A stretch of DNA of 64,000 bases, taken from assembly GCA_963721455.1 (NCBI GenBank), contig CAVRJG010000051.1:32001-96000 (forward strand). The letters are read 5' to 3'. The DNA is from an uncultured Methanosarcinaceae archaeon. GTDB lineage: Archaea; Halobacteriota; Methanosarcinia; Methanosarcinales; Methanosarcinaceae. Made by a program: the position numbers and the translations under genes. Below the pieces are notes generated by a model that was not told the DNA's origin, made no database searches, and saw only the letters and a program-made list of their open reading frames with translations. Below, one piece after another: positions 42,748-53,255 of this stretch (positions are counted from its first letter, which is position 1; every line of letters begins with the position of its first letter).

Positions 42748-43746
42748 TTGCTTAAACTAGGATATAAAATTGCGCCTGAACAGTTTCCTCCGTCGGAGAT
42801 GCTGCAACAGGCTATAACTGCTGAAAAAGCAGGCTTTGAAAGTCTTGATGCCAGTGACCATTTCCATCCATGGAGTGAAAGCGGACAGGCCTGTTTTATC
42901 TGGAGCTGGCTTGGTGCGGCGGCTGTGAGCACTCAGAGCATAGAACTGGGAACAGGGCTGACCTGCCCGATTCTGCGATATAACCCTGCTGTTATTGCCC
43001 AGGCTGCTGCAACAGTATCTTCGCTTGCCGGGGGGCGAACATACCTTGCCGTCGGAACAGGGGAAGCTTTAAATGAATATCCCGTAACCCTCGAATGGCC
43101 GGAATACGAGGAGCGCCAGATACGGATGGTAGAGGCAATAGGACTCATTCGTGAGCTCTGGACAGGACAAAAGGTCAGTTTTGACGGGTGTTACTACCAA
43201 ACAAAGAAAGCCAAATTATATACACTGCCAAAAAACGATATTCCGATCTATATCTCCTCTCTAGTACCTGAAAGTGCCTATATTGCAGGTTACTATGGAG
43301 ACGGCCTTTTGACTGTAGGAGGGGAATCGGATATGCAGAAATATGAGCAGATTCTCTCCCAGTTCGAAAAAGGGGCTCAGGATTCAGGTAAGAGCACAGA
43401 AAACATGCCAAAGGCAATAGAGCTTTTTGTCGATTATGGGGTAGATCCTGAAGTATCTATTAAGAGTTTTATGGAATTCTGGGCAGGCGCTCTCATCCCT
43501 GCGCTTTTCGCGAATAAAATATATACTCCCGAGATGTCTGCTCAGAACGGGAAAGTTGTGAGCCCGGAGGCAGTTCGAAAACATGTTTGCCTTTCCGAAA
43601 ATCCTGAAGACCATATAAGTTTTGTGAAAAAATATATTGACTTGGGTTTCACACATATTTACTTCCATTCGGCAGCCCCGGACCAGATAGCTTTCCTCAA
43701 AGCTTACGGAAAAGATGTTTTACCCGCATTGAAAGAGATAGGATAA
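42748..43746 (+). CDS. F420-dependent LLM-class oxidoreductase (G6PDH-like family)
   Basis: EQF.P, SDHFHPW, GTGLTCP..RYNPA..AQA, GTGEALNE. Confidence 0.9.
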   Translation: MLKLGYKIAPEQFPPSEMLQQAITAEKAGFESLDASDHFHPWSESGQACFIWSWLGAAAVSTQSIELGTGLTCPILRYNPAVIAQAAATVSSLAGGRTYLAVGTGEALNEYPVTLEWPEYEERQIRMVEAIGLIRELWTGQKVSFDGCYYQTKKAKLYTLPKNDIPIYISSLVPESAYIAGYYGDGLLTVGGESDMQKYEQILSQFEKGAQDSGKSTENMPKAIELFVDYGVDPEVSIKSFMEFWAGALIPALFANKIYTPEMSAQNGKVVSPEAVRKHVCLSENPEDHISFVKKYIDLGFTHIYFHSAAPDQIAFLKAYGKDVLPALKEIG

Positions 43747-44030
43747 ACTCTCTCTGTCTTTCAATTTTTATGAAAATATCTCTTTTAAAGTTTCTTTCGT
43801 GGAATGTATCATTGCCATAAAAATAAACCTCAATTATTCCCTTGAGCCCTCAGGTTCCTACTGTATCTGCTCTGTGAATGACATGAGTTCAGTTCTTAAT
43901 GGTTTCTAATTTACTTTTATTATCTGGGTGCAATAAATAACTTTTTCCATAAATGAATCCTCTAAAGGGCCTTTCTGTCTTTCAAAGTTACTTTATGTTT
44001 TGAAAAATAGATAATTCTGCGAATTTAAAA

Positions 44031-44413
44031 TTACCTAGCTTTTTCGTCATTCTCTCGGAGCCCAAAAGTGTTATTTTCTGTATCCGTACAAATTGCAAGA
44101 TATCCCCAGCCTGGAACAACGGTTTTTGGTATCAGTACTTTGCCTCCGAGTTTTTCAATTTTCGGAAGGAACTCATCCACTGAGCTGATACCTGTATAAT
44201 TCACCATCCTCTGGTCTGCAGTTCCCCTTTTTCCAGGGCCTTCAACCATCCCGGATTTCCCTTCAAGGTCTAGGCCTCAACGAGATAGTATTCCATTGTT
44301 TCTACAGGCTCTTCAAACTTCCATCCGAACAGCCTGGCATAGAAAATCTTCACCAGCTCAGGATCATCTGCCGGGATATCAAAATGAACAATCGTTGGCA
44401 ATTTATTCCCCAT
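44031..44413 (-). pseudogene. VOC/glyoxalase family protein, frameshifted near 44272
   Basis: LPTIVHFDIPADDPE...FY..LFGWKF in one frame; DLEGKSG...KIEKLGGKVL.PKTVVPGWGYLA.C.DTENN.FGL in another. Confidence 0.8.
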
Positions 44414-44734
44414 CAATACTTTTGCATGATTTAGTTCTTAAGGTCGCGGAAGATTTTTAAGAGTATTCCAGTTTAGAATCCGCAAGAAGACAGGTTTAGT
44501 ATCGATTATTAACACTTCCTGCCGGATAAGTCGAAATTGAAAGCCAGATCATCTGTCTAATACTAACCATGTAAACTTATTCTGTATACATTTATATATT
44601 CCAGGAAATATTTCTTTTATTATGCAGAACCACAGAGAATAAGGATTACTTTTCAGGCCTTTATTTTTCAGATATTTTAACTCTGGTTAGTTAGTCGGGC
44701 TCAGGTACGTGTAAGGTCATGAAAGAGTGATTTC

Positions 44735-45400
44735 ATGGTAAACAGATATAACCAGAACTTAAAGTGTGATTACCGCGACAAAAGATCCTCTCTCAAAGGT
44801 GAAGTTGAGCGTCAGTTGATACACCTGTTAACAGGCATAACTTTAATTCTTTTAATTCGGACAGCCGGCGACATGGCACTGGCTGTTCTGCTGCTCCTGC
44901 TTGCTTTCTATGCGACGATTTCAGTCGTAATTATTCTAAATAAACTTCCTCTTTCACTGTCCGCCTTTCTGTGCAGGTGGGGAAGGCCTTCGAAGCAGAC
45001 TATACCGTTTAAAGGAACTATCCTGCTCCTTTGTGGAATAACTATTTCTTTCATATTATTTCCTGAAGAAATCGTTTATGCCTCGATCGCGGTAGTTGCA
45101 TTCGGAGATTCGGTAGCAACAGCAATAGGAGTACTGATAGGCAGGCATAAGCTGCCGTATTCGGAAAACAAAACCGTAGAAGGAACAGTCTCTGGTATAA
45201 TCGCAGCCTTTTTAGCATCCTCTTTTTTTGTGACTCCTGTTCAGGCCCTTCTCGGGTCCGCAGGTGGGATGTTGCTGGAAAGCATTATAGATTTACAGAC
45301 AATCCGTGAATTTAACTCGCAAATGATATTCAAGTTCTTTCTTAACGATAATTTTTTGATTCCTTTATTCTCAGGTTTACTCATGTTTATTATCGGTTGA
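44735..45400 (+). CDS. Polyprenol/phytol kinase family (CTP-dependent) membrane protein
   Basis: RQLIHL, AFGDSVA..IG, KTVEGT, DNFLIP. Confidence 0.85.
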   Translation: MVNRYNQNLKCDYRDKRSSLKGEVERQLIHLLTGITLILLIRTAGDMALAVLLLLLAFYATISVVIILNKLPLSLSAFLCRWGRPSKQTIPFKGTILLLCGITISFILFPEEIVYASIAVVAFGDSVATAIGVLIGRHKLPYSENKTVEGTVSGIIAAFLASSFFVTPVQALLGSAGGMLLESIIDLQTIREFNSQMIFKFFLNDNFLIPLFSGLLMFIIG

Positions 45401-46557
45401 CGTGACACTTGAGGATTTTACCGAAGCGTGCTGCAGATTTAAATTATATTTTATTTATCTATAAATGCAGGTAACTAAAATGCTAGCCTGGATTATAAGA
45501 GTAATTGTTTAATTAATCGCCCTTCTGATTCTGGTATGAATACTGATGAATTTACTTTAATCGGCAGGAAAAATAGTAGTAGTTATCACTACATTGTTAA
45601 TCTTGTTTTTTCGCAGGCAGTTATAATGAATTTAATAATAGGGAATAGCTTCATAGAGGACATAAGGCTTAAGTGCATTATTAGAAGAAAACAGCAAGAA
45701 GTTTGAATTTTTTTTCCAAAACAGTCAACAATCAGTCAATAATTAGACTTATGCCCGCGTTTTGGTAATTTCGATTCCCTATTTTTTCAATTCGTCTTGA
45801 GCATTATAAAAGCGCTATAAGAAAAGCTCCTTGAAAAGCCATCAAAGCTTTCCTTCTCATCTTTTTATTTCTATCCAATGCTGACAAAAACAAGAAGTAT
45901 TACACCTATTCCAGAAGCTTTACATCCGAAACCCCGCCTTGCTGAGATACTACCACCGCAGGTTCCTTGAGGGAAATCTCGACTGATCGCTATGCAACTT
46001 GTAATAATGTCCGCATAAGCGGATAGATCTATCTCCAGATAGGCTAAGCGTGGGTTTTAATATGGTAAAATAAAAAGTCGAAATAGATCTCTTTTTTCTT
46101 TTGTAAATTCTGAAACTCAGTTGCTTTCAAGAAAGTTTTTCTGTCCAGGTGGTGAACTTATTTCTTTATAGAGTGATTCTTCTAATTCGGGAGCCTTTAT
46201 GAACAGACTTTTCCTTTAATTTTCCTGTTTTAAGCCAGACTATATCCGGGGTATGGGTTTCAATCGGAGTTGGCTCAAAAGCCTGGTTCTCAGGTACCTT
46301 CAGTTTCCGATAATAACAAAATATAAAGAGCTGCTGGACCTAAATAATCATCTTCTTCCAAACGTTTGGGTTGAATTCTTTTTTATATTATATGCCACAT
46401 AATACTGAATGGAGGGTGGGCAACTAATCCGGATAGGTAATAGATACCTGAATCTAGGGAGGTGAACTCATCAAGAGGGCTCCAAGCCAGATTAAGGTGT
46501 TTATAAAATGCAGGAAATGTACCAAACCAGAGTACTGAATTCAGTGAGTAGGAGATT

Positions 46558-46755
46558 TTTTAGTAATCCAGTACGGGTTCAGATGGCACGAAAGCATGTA
46601 TTATCCCTGCAAAAGTGATTTATCGAATATAATACAGTCGACATTGTCGATTAGCTGGAAAGTACGGTGCCAGAGGTTTGGTAACAGAAATGTCCAGAGG
46701 AGACTTTCTGACATAAAGTATACCGATATTGAAATAGTTAGTAAGGAACTGAAAA
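46558..46755 (+). pseudogene. Decayed tandem paralog of DUF2795 gene
   Basis: Fragments SNPVRVQMARKH / YP.K / LSDIKYTDIEIVSKEL align by eye with SPIEVQKALKD / YPVNK / LPDKEYTNAADVSKAF of the next gene. Confidence 0.45.
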
Positions 46756-46781
46756 ATACACAAAATATGGGGGAAATTTAA

Positions 46782-46970
46782 ATGCAAACCAGTCCAATTG
46801 AAGTTCAGAAGGCTTTAAAGGATATAGATTATCCTGTAAATAAGAAGCAGCTTATTGAACACGCTAAAAAGCATAAAGCCGACAGTAAAGTACTTGAGGT
46901 TCTTAAGGATCTTCCGGACAAGGAGTACACCAACGCTGCAGATGTCAGCAAGGCATTCGGAGGCAAATAA
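46782..46970 (+). CDS. DUF2795 family small protein
   Basis: QKALKDIDYPV.K..LIEHAK...A...VL..L..LPD.EY....DV. Confidence 0.85.
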   Translation: MQTSPIEVQKALKDIDYPVNKKQLIEHAKKHKADSKVLEVLKDLPDKEYTNAADVSKAFGGK

Positions 46971-47508
46971 CTCTACTTTAGAGTTAGTAAGGCATCAAAT
47001 GGGGAGCGAGCAAAAAAGCTCCCCTTTATCCAGATAAAAGTAGGAGGCTAATAAATCTCCTTTCTTTCTCCGGAAATCGATACCTGACCGAAATTTCCGG
47101 GCTTTTTATATAATAACCCAAGTGCTAAAGTTTTTAGCAAAGCTGAGAAAGGTATTACGAATTTTTTGTCGGAACTCTTAAAGGAACTCTTAAATATTAA
47201 TTATGGAGACTCATGTTCTTTATTGAGATCCTATTGATTGAGATCCAATGCGATAAATGCTGTACTAACATGTGAAGGGAAACAGCATAGCCGATAGAAA
47301 TGGATTGTAATGCATTCGGTTCAAAAGGCAAGAAATTGTTAAAGCTTAATGCAACAAAATTAAATATCATAATACCAGATATTAATAACTCAATTAGTTC
47401 ATCGAGACCCGCAGGGAATAGTATATTCGTAAGTGAGGCTCTTTTTGAATTATTTGATACTTCTCTAAAGTATGAACTTTAACGGGAAATTATACAGGGG
47501 AAAACATA

Positions 47509-47703
47509 ATGGAAAGAAAAGGTTTCCAGAGTAAGGATCGGGGTTCCAGCAGAGAACGCGACTACAGTAAAGGGCCACAAACGATGCACAAAGCAACATG
47601 CGCAGACTGTGGTGAAGAAACAGAGGTACCTTTTAAACCGGATCCCGACAGGCCGGTCTACTGCAGGGAGTGTTACGCAAAGCGCAAACCTAAAAGGTAT
47701 TAA
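47509..47703 (+). CDS. CxxC-x17-CxxC zinc-binding protein
   Basis: MHKATCADCG.ETEVPFKP...RPVYCRECY. Confidence 0.92.
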   Translation: MERKGFQSKDRGSSRERDYSKGPQTMHKATCADCGEETEVPFKPDPDRPVYCRECYAKRKPKRY

Positions 47704-47893
47704 GTAAATGCGATTCAGGTATCAACCCGTGGTGGTTTCATTCTACATTTATAATCTTTAATTGATTTGCCGAGGTTACTATTCTTACCTCAGCTTTTCT
47801 CTTTTTCTTTCTCTATTCTTGAGAAAATCCTTCTTTTCTCAAGATATGATGGAGATCATCTCAAAGATGAAAACGCCTTAAGTTTAAAGGGAT

Positions 47894-48238
47894 TTATTTC
47901 TTTTCCTCGGTTTCGAGTTCTCTTTCTAACTTCGTTATATCCAGCGATACCCGAAAGAAAGCGTCCCTCCCTGTATCTCTTACATTGATCTCTATGGGTT
48001 GAGCTAACGTAGCTTTAACGGCTCTCCATTCTTCCCTGATGACATCAACTATTTCCCATGGGCCGGCAGAGTTGTTTTCCACTCTATCGCGGGCAAGCTG
48101 CAAAAGCAGGTGTTTCTTTTCTGTTCGGGTAAGATTCTCTATTCCCTTGACTTCTAACTCACTTACCGTAGCTTCACCCATTTTGGATTGAGCTACCATG
48201 GGCTCTCCTGTTTCATCTTTAACTCTTTTTTCCATCAA
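47894..48238 (-). CDS. Hypothetical protein
   Basis: 114 aa, GGGGGAA RBS, 22 bp downstream of the TIR gene. Confidence 0.7.
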   Translation of the reverse strand: MMEKRVKDETGEPMVAQSKMGEATVSELEVKGIENLTRTEKKHLLLQLARDRVENNSAGPWEIVDVIREEWRAVKATLAQPIEINVRDTGRDAFFRVSLDITKLERELETEEKK

Positions 48239-48260
48239 TTCCCCCCTACGTTAAAAATAC

Positions 48261-48821
48261 TCACGGTTTCGGGCTGAATGTTCTCGGGTCAAGGTAGATG
48301 TTTCTCTGGCAGTAGCTGCATATGGTTTCAAGGTGTGTCCCTGCAAGAAGAGCTCTTTCTACCTCCTCTTCCGGTGAGATATACTGGGTCATTTCCTCTC
48401 CGCAGTAAGGACACTTTATCTTCAGCCAGTCCAGTTTTGTAAGCTGCCTTATATTCTGTATAAGTTTTCCCAGGGCATCCTCATAGACGTCAGGGTAGAA
48501 GTCAATCGGCTGAAGGTGGCGCAACAGGACCGGCAGCTTTATCCCTTTCTCCAGGAGTGGAATTATTAGCTGATCGGTTCCTACAGCCAGACCTATCTCC
48601 TGGTTCACCTCCGGTGATATTATCCCCTGCTGTGTGAGAATCGGGATAACACAGTCTGATTGACGGATGCCAAAACGTATCCTCTCTGCCAGGGAAATAA
48701 TTCGAGCTTTCCTGTACAGGGATGAAAAGCTCTCCAGTTCCACGGTCCACAGAGCTCGAGCCAGTTCATGGGCAAGCGGTTCATCCTGCTCGCAGTGAGC
48801 TATATAAATTTTTGTGATCAT
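48261..48821 (-). CDS. TIR-domain protein with C-terminal Zn ribbon
   Basis: IYIAHCEQD, I..GIRQSDCVIPILT, SPEVNQEIGLA, LIIPL; CPYC...CSYC. Confidence 0.8.
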   Translation of the reverse strand: MITKIYIAHCEQDEPLAHELARALWTVELESFSSLYRKARIISLAERIRFGIRQSDCVIPILTQQGIISPEVNQEIGLAVGTDQLIIPLLEKGIKLPVLLRHLQPIDFYPDVYEDALGKLIQNIRQLTKLDWLKIKCPYCGEEMTQYISPEEEVERALLAGTHLETICSYCQRNIYLDPRTFSPKP

Positions 48822-48842
48822 ACCTGCTGTACCTTAACGCAG

Positions 48843-48983
48843 TTATCTTTTTTTCTTTGACTTGTTTTCATGCTTCGTTTCTGGCTCCGGGTGAGGTATC
48901 GGTTCAGGTGAAGGAACCGGTTGAGGTTCCGGGTAAGGTATTGGCTCAGGCTGAAAAGATGGTTCTTTGCTTTCTTTTTCCAA
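48843..48983 (-). CDS. 46-aa PEP-repeat small protein
   Basis: AAGGAGGAG RBS then TTG: MEKESKEPSFQPEPIPYPEPQPVPSPEPIPHPEPETKHENKSKKKR* (different frame from ORF-track 48818-49018). Confidence 0.65.
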   Translation of the reverse strand: MEKESKEPSFQPEPIPYPEPQPVPSPEPIPHPEPETKHENKSKKKR

Positions 48984-49182
48984 AATGACTCCTCCTTTAT
49001 CAGTAATATGGCTTTCAAAAGAATTTGCTTTCTTAGATGCCTGTTTTCTTAGAAATTTGCCTTTTTATGAATTTACATTGTTAAATTTTCCTTGTTAAGA
49101 AGTAAGTTAGCGGGAATCTGTTTTAAGCTAGTAAGAATTTTTTTGGTAGGGCTTTCTATCATGCAGTACTAAATCATGCAGG

Positions 49183-49398
49183 TCAGTCAGAAGCTAGCAT
49201 CACGCTTGTTGCTTTTATTACTGCATATACCTCGTGCCCTTCTTTCAAATCAAGATTTTCGGCCGAGTTTTTTGTGATAATGGAAGTAATTTCCACACCA
49301 CCCGGAAGTTCAACTACTACTTCCGAGTTGACGGATCCATGAACTATTCTTTTGACTTTGCCTTTCAGAACATTCCGTGCACTTATTTTCATCTTCAC
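49183..49398 (-). CDS. Molbindin (Mop/TOBE molybdate-binding protein)
   Basis: ISARNVLKGKV, SIIT..SAENL.LK.G.EVYAVIKATSVM. Confidence 0.93.
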   Translation of the reverse strand: MKMKISARNVLKGKVKRIVHGSVNSEVVVELPGGVEITSIITKNSAENLDLKEGHEVYAVIKATSVMLASD

Positions 49399-50101
49399 CC
49401 CTCCCTAATTCAGGTATTTATTTTGTTATCAATAAGGTTAGTCTTGTCAATTATAGAAGCATAGGAATCTTGTTTTCTGAACTCAAATCCGAATTATAAA
49501 ATTTTATTTATATATTTGTGAATCTGGACTTTCCATCAAAATAACCCTTTGAGAACTGCATATCATAGAAAAAGGAAATAAGTAAGTATCCAGCTCTGTA
49601 CTTACATTTTTCGATATGTCGTCTTTGCACGATTATTAGCAAAATATGAATCGAAGGACTGCAAAAAAGCTTTCTTATATTTTTTCCTTTCAATGAGGGT
49701 GGTTTTGATGAATGACAAGCTGATTTCAAATCTTCTTTTTTATTTTTGGCAGTTTCGGGTCACTTGCTAAACTTAGCCGAAGCAAACTTAATTTAGTGCA
49801 AAAACAGAATTTGACATGCTTTCCCCTTCTATTCGTCCCTATCTGTTAGAATTTGATTAATTTTATTACTTGAGGCAGGTAAGAAGTGAAAAAATCTTAA
49901 TCTCCGGCGAGGAGATTAATTTCAAGTCCTTTTCTTCCCCTTTCCTCCCACCAATTCCAACAAGTTTAAAAGTAATGCCCGTAATCAAAATGTGAATTTC
50001 AATGCTTGCAGATCAAGGTTTACAATTCCCTGGTTTATTTCTGGAAAAACCGGGTGGTTTTCCCTAGATTTTCAACCCTAGAAGCTTTATGAGAGATTAA
50101 A

Positions 50102-50887
50102 ATGGAACTCGACGAAGTCATAATCACACGGGCAATTTTTGATGAGTATTCTAAAACCTTCCTCGATTACACGGACATCGATGTGGCACTTGTAGGAGGA
50201 GGGCCTGCAAACCTGGTGGCTGCAAAGTATATCTGGCAGAAGCAGGGGCAAAGGTCGCCATTTATGAACAAAAGCTGTCTCTCGGGGGCGGCATGTGGGG
50301 TGGGGGCATGATGTTCCCGCGCATAGTTTGTACAGGAAGAGGCCTGCCGCATCCTGGATGACTTCGGGATCAGGTATAAGGAGTACCAGCCGGGGTATTA
50401 TGTGGCAAATTCCGTAGAGTCTGTCGGGAAGCTGATTGCAGGTGCAACTTCAGCCGGGGCTGAGGTCTTTAATCTTGTGAGCTTTGAAGATGTCATGATC
50501 CGGGAAAATGACAGGGTTACGGGAATCGTTATCAACTGGGGGCCTGTGACAGCACAGCGCCTGCATGTTGACCCTCTCATGATCCGCACAAAACTCGTAA
50601 TCGACGGGACAGGGCACGATGCAGTTGTATGCAACACGATTCTCAGGAAGATTCCCAATGCAAAGATCGGAGAACTCGGGATGCTCGGGGAAAAACCCAT
50701 GTGGTCAGAGGTTGGCGAGCGGCTGGCTGTTGACGCAACGCAGGAGATTTATCCGGGCCTGATCGTTGCGGGCATGGCTGCAAATGCCGCAACCTGCGCC
50801 CCGAGGATGGGTCCTGTCTTCGGAGGCATGCTCCTTTCGGGAGAAAAGGCTGCAAAACTTGCCCTTGACAGGCTCAAAGAACTCTGA
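50102..50887 (+). pseudogene. thi4: Thiazole synthase Thi4, interrupted by +2 and +1 indels
   Basis: [20 protein letters not shown] (shifted frame), HVDP, DGTGHD, PRMGPVFGGMLLSG. May be sequencing errors. Confidence 0.88.
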
Positions 50888-51050
50888 TATCCGTCCATGG
50901 ATTATTTTTAACCCAATTTTGCTCGTCTTGAGTGCCGGAAAGCAGACCCCTTCCCTTCCCTGAAGAGGGTCTCCTGCCCTTTCCGGCAAAAACTTTATAT
51001 AAAAAAACTCCTTCTATAGGTTGCTTCAAATCTGAAGTACCAGACCCTGT

Positions 51051-51123
51051 GGCCGGGGTAGGGTAGAGGCCATCCTGTGGCCCTGTGGAGGCTACGACCC
51101 GAGTTCGATTCTCGGTCCCGGCC
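51051..51123 (+). tRNA. tRNA-His(GTG) with genomically encoded G-1; CCA not encoded
   Basis: G-GCCGGGG/TCCCGGC-C acceptor, anticodon arm tggcc-ct-GTG-ga-ggcta, GTTCGATTC. Confidence 0.93.
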
Positions 51124-51539
51124 CTAATTATTTCTTTTAACTAATTTTTTTGTTTCTATGGCAGGCGTTTCTTTAATTTTCTTTGAGTAAGTGCCTTTTA
51201 TATCGCTTCTAACATTTATTTATAATTCTGAGCTTAAATATTTACACAACTCAGATTTCTATAACCACATCCCGCGCAGAAAATACCTGCATGCCGGAAA
51301 ACCACTGGCGGGCACAGACACAAGTGGACACGGAAAAACTCTCTTAAGACTCTATAACCACGGAAACTTCCGTCTTTTCCGTGCCTTAAGTGGGTTTTTC
51401 GTTTAGATATCTCTAATAAGACTGTATCATCTGTTAATACCTGTAATTATTCACCTGTAAAATCACCTGTAATTTAATATCTTACCTCATTGCATATGCT
51501 TCCACCTTCGATTATCAAACAAAGGAAACGAGAACTGAC

Positions 51540-53255
51540 ATGAAAGCACTCATTATAGACGGCTATGTGGACGAACCTGCCTGTCTTGGGGTTCCTCCCT
51601 ACCTTTCTCCCTACCCGCGGTACATAGCAGGCGCCCTTCGAGAACGCGGGCTTTCCGAAAAGGACATTTACTACCTGACTATAGACACTCTAAGGGAAAA
51701 CCCGCCCGGCGCCGGGGAACTCATAGGGAAAGCAGACCTCCTTATCATTATTGCAGGCATGACCGTACCGGGAAAATATCTCCGGGCTTCTCCAATCACC
51801 CCTGGGGAAATCGAGGCTATCTTCCGGGCTGCAAACGGAGTAAAAGTTATAGGCGGCCCTATCAGGCTTGGTTTCAGCAATGAAGGTGGAAGGGCTGCAA
51901 AAGGTACGGAAGGTGGAATAAGCCTCGAAGGTGCAGTGCTTGCCAGAATGGATCTCGAATCTTTCGTCTATGACCTCTTTGAGGGTGGGACTGGTAGGAG
52001 CGGAAGCCTTCCTCCCATACTGAAAGCTCCCGACGCCGTAGAACATCGTTTCAGGACAACAGCCGAAATCGGGAGATGGGGACTCAAAGGAGCTTTTTTG
52101 ATCAGGCAGCACCCTGACTTTCCTTACTGCATGTGCGAGCTTGAGACCTACAGGGGCTGCGGCAGGCAGGTACACTGCTCTTTCTGCACGGAACCTTTTT
52201 ACGGGGCTTCAGATTACCGGCCTGTTGAGGACGTGGTATCTGAGGTTTCCTCCCTTTATTCCCATGGAGCCCTCTGTTTCAGGATAGGACGGCAGCCTGA
52301 CCTTTTCTCGTATCATGGGACGGATGCCGGAGGACCTGTCCCGAAGCCCTCTCCTGCCGTTATAGAACGGCTCTACAGGGGGATCCGGAACTCTGCCCCT
52401 GACCTTTCCGTGCTCCATATGGATAATGCAAATCCGATAACGCTTGCAGCTTACCCTGAAGAGTCGGAGCAGATCCTGAAGACGATAATTAGATATCATA
52501 CAGCAGGCGACGTGACCGCTTTTGGAATGGAGAGTGCCGATCCGAAAGTGATTGCAGCAAATTTCCTTAAGGCAACTTCCGAGGAGGTCTTTGAAGCGAT
52601 CAAACTTGTAAACAGGTTTGGGGCCGTGCGAGGGGCAAACGGGCTTCCTGAAATTCTTCCGGGAATCAATTTTGTGCACGGGCTGATGGGAGAATCTAAA
52701 AAAACTTTCCAGCTTAATTATGATTTTCTGAAGTGCGTGCTTGATTCAGGGCTGCTCCTGCGCAGGATTAATATCCGCCAGGTAATGGCTTTCCCTGGAA
52801 CACCTATGTACGGAAAGGACGAAGCTGCGAGGAAACACAAGAAAATCTTTCTGGACTATAAGGGGCAGGTCAGGAAGAATATTGACCTCCCAATGCTGAG
52901 GCGCATTGTGCCAGACGGCACGGTGCTCAGGGGTGTAATGTGTGAGGTACACGAAAAGGGAGTTACTTTCGGAAGGCAGCTTGGTTCATACCCCCTGCTG
53001 GTAGGAATTCCCACTTCTCTGCCTTTGCGGAAATTTGTTGACATTACCGTCACAGGGCACGGGATGCGCTCGATTACCGGTATCCCTTATCCTTTGCCTA
53101 TAAACACCGCTTCTTCTTCCCTTATCAGGGAACTTCCCGGGCTTGGCAGGAAAGCTGCGGATTCGATAATTGCCGGAGCCCCCTATACTGACAGAGACGA
53201 TTTTCTCAGGCGAGTAAGTGAAGGAGATAAATTACTCAGATTTATTGAGATTTAA
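51540..53255 (+). CDS. Radical SAM enzyme with C-terminal TRAM-like and helix-hairpin-helix regions (COG1031-like)
   Basis: DGYVDEPACLGVPPY, ETYRGC-x5-CSFC, G.ESAD, RRINIRQV, INTAS...I..LPGLG. Confidence 0.85.
   Translation: MKALIIDGYVDEPACLGVPPYLSPYPRYIAGALRERGLSEKDIYYLTIDTLRENPPGAGELIGKADLLIIIAGMTVPGKYLRASPITPGEIEAIFRAANGVKVIGGPIRLGFSNEGGRAAKGTEGGISLEGAVLARMDLESFVYDLFEGGTGRSGSLPPILKAPDAVEHRFRTTAEIGRWGLKGAFLIRQHPDFPYCMCELETYRGCGRQVHCSFCTEPFYGASDYRPVEDVVSEVSSLYSHGALCFRIGRQPDLFSYHGTDAGGPVPKPSPAVIERLYRGIRNSAPDLSVLHMDNANPITLAAYPEESEQILKTIIRYHTAGDVTAFGMESADPKVIAANFLKATSEEVFEAIKLVNRFGAVRGANGLPEILPGINFVHGLMGESKKTFQLNYDFLKCVLDSGLLLRRINIRQVMAFPGTPMYGKDEAARKHKKIFLDYKGQVRKNIDLPMLRRIVPDGTVLRGVMCEVHEKGVTFGRQLGSYPLLVGIPTSLPLRKFVDITVTGHGMRSITGIPYPLPINTASSSLIRELPGLGRKAADSIIAGAPYTDRDDFLRRVSEGDKLLRFIEI

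Noticed and set aside
44270-44274. In-frame TAG in the VOC gene as possible pyrrolysine
   Set aside because: Homologous sequence continues in a different frame after the TAG, so it is a frameshift, not amber read-through
45420-46440. Possible IS or gene remnant in the long intergenic region
   Set aside because: No terminal inverted repeats, transposase motif or convincing reading frame could be identified by eye
48818-49018. 66-aa ORF from the track
   Set aside because: The RBS-preceded PEP-repeat frame (48843-48983) is the more plausible coding frame
49990-50100. TPP riboswitch upstream of thi4
   Set aside because: Only a simple hairpin; conserved CUGAGA and AACCUGA...GGGA motifs not found
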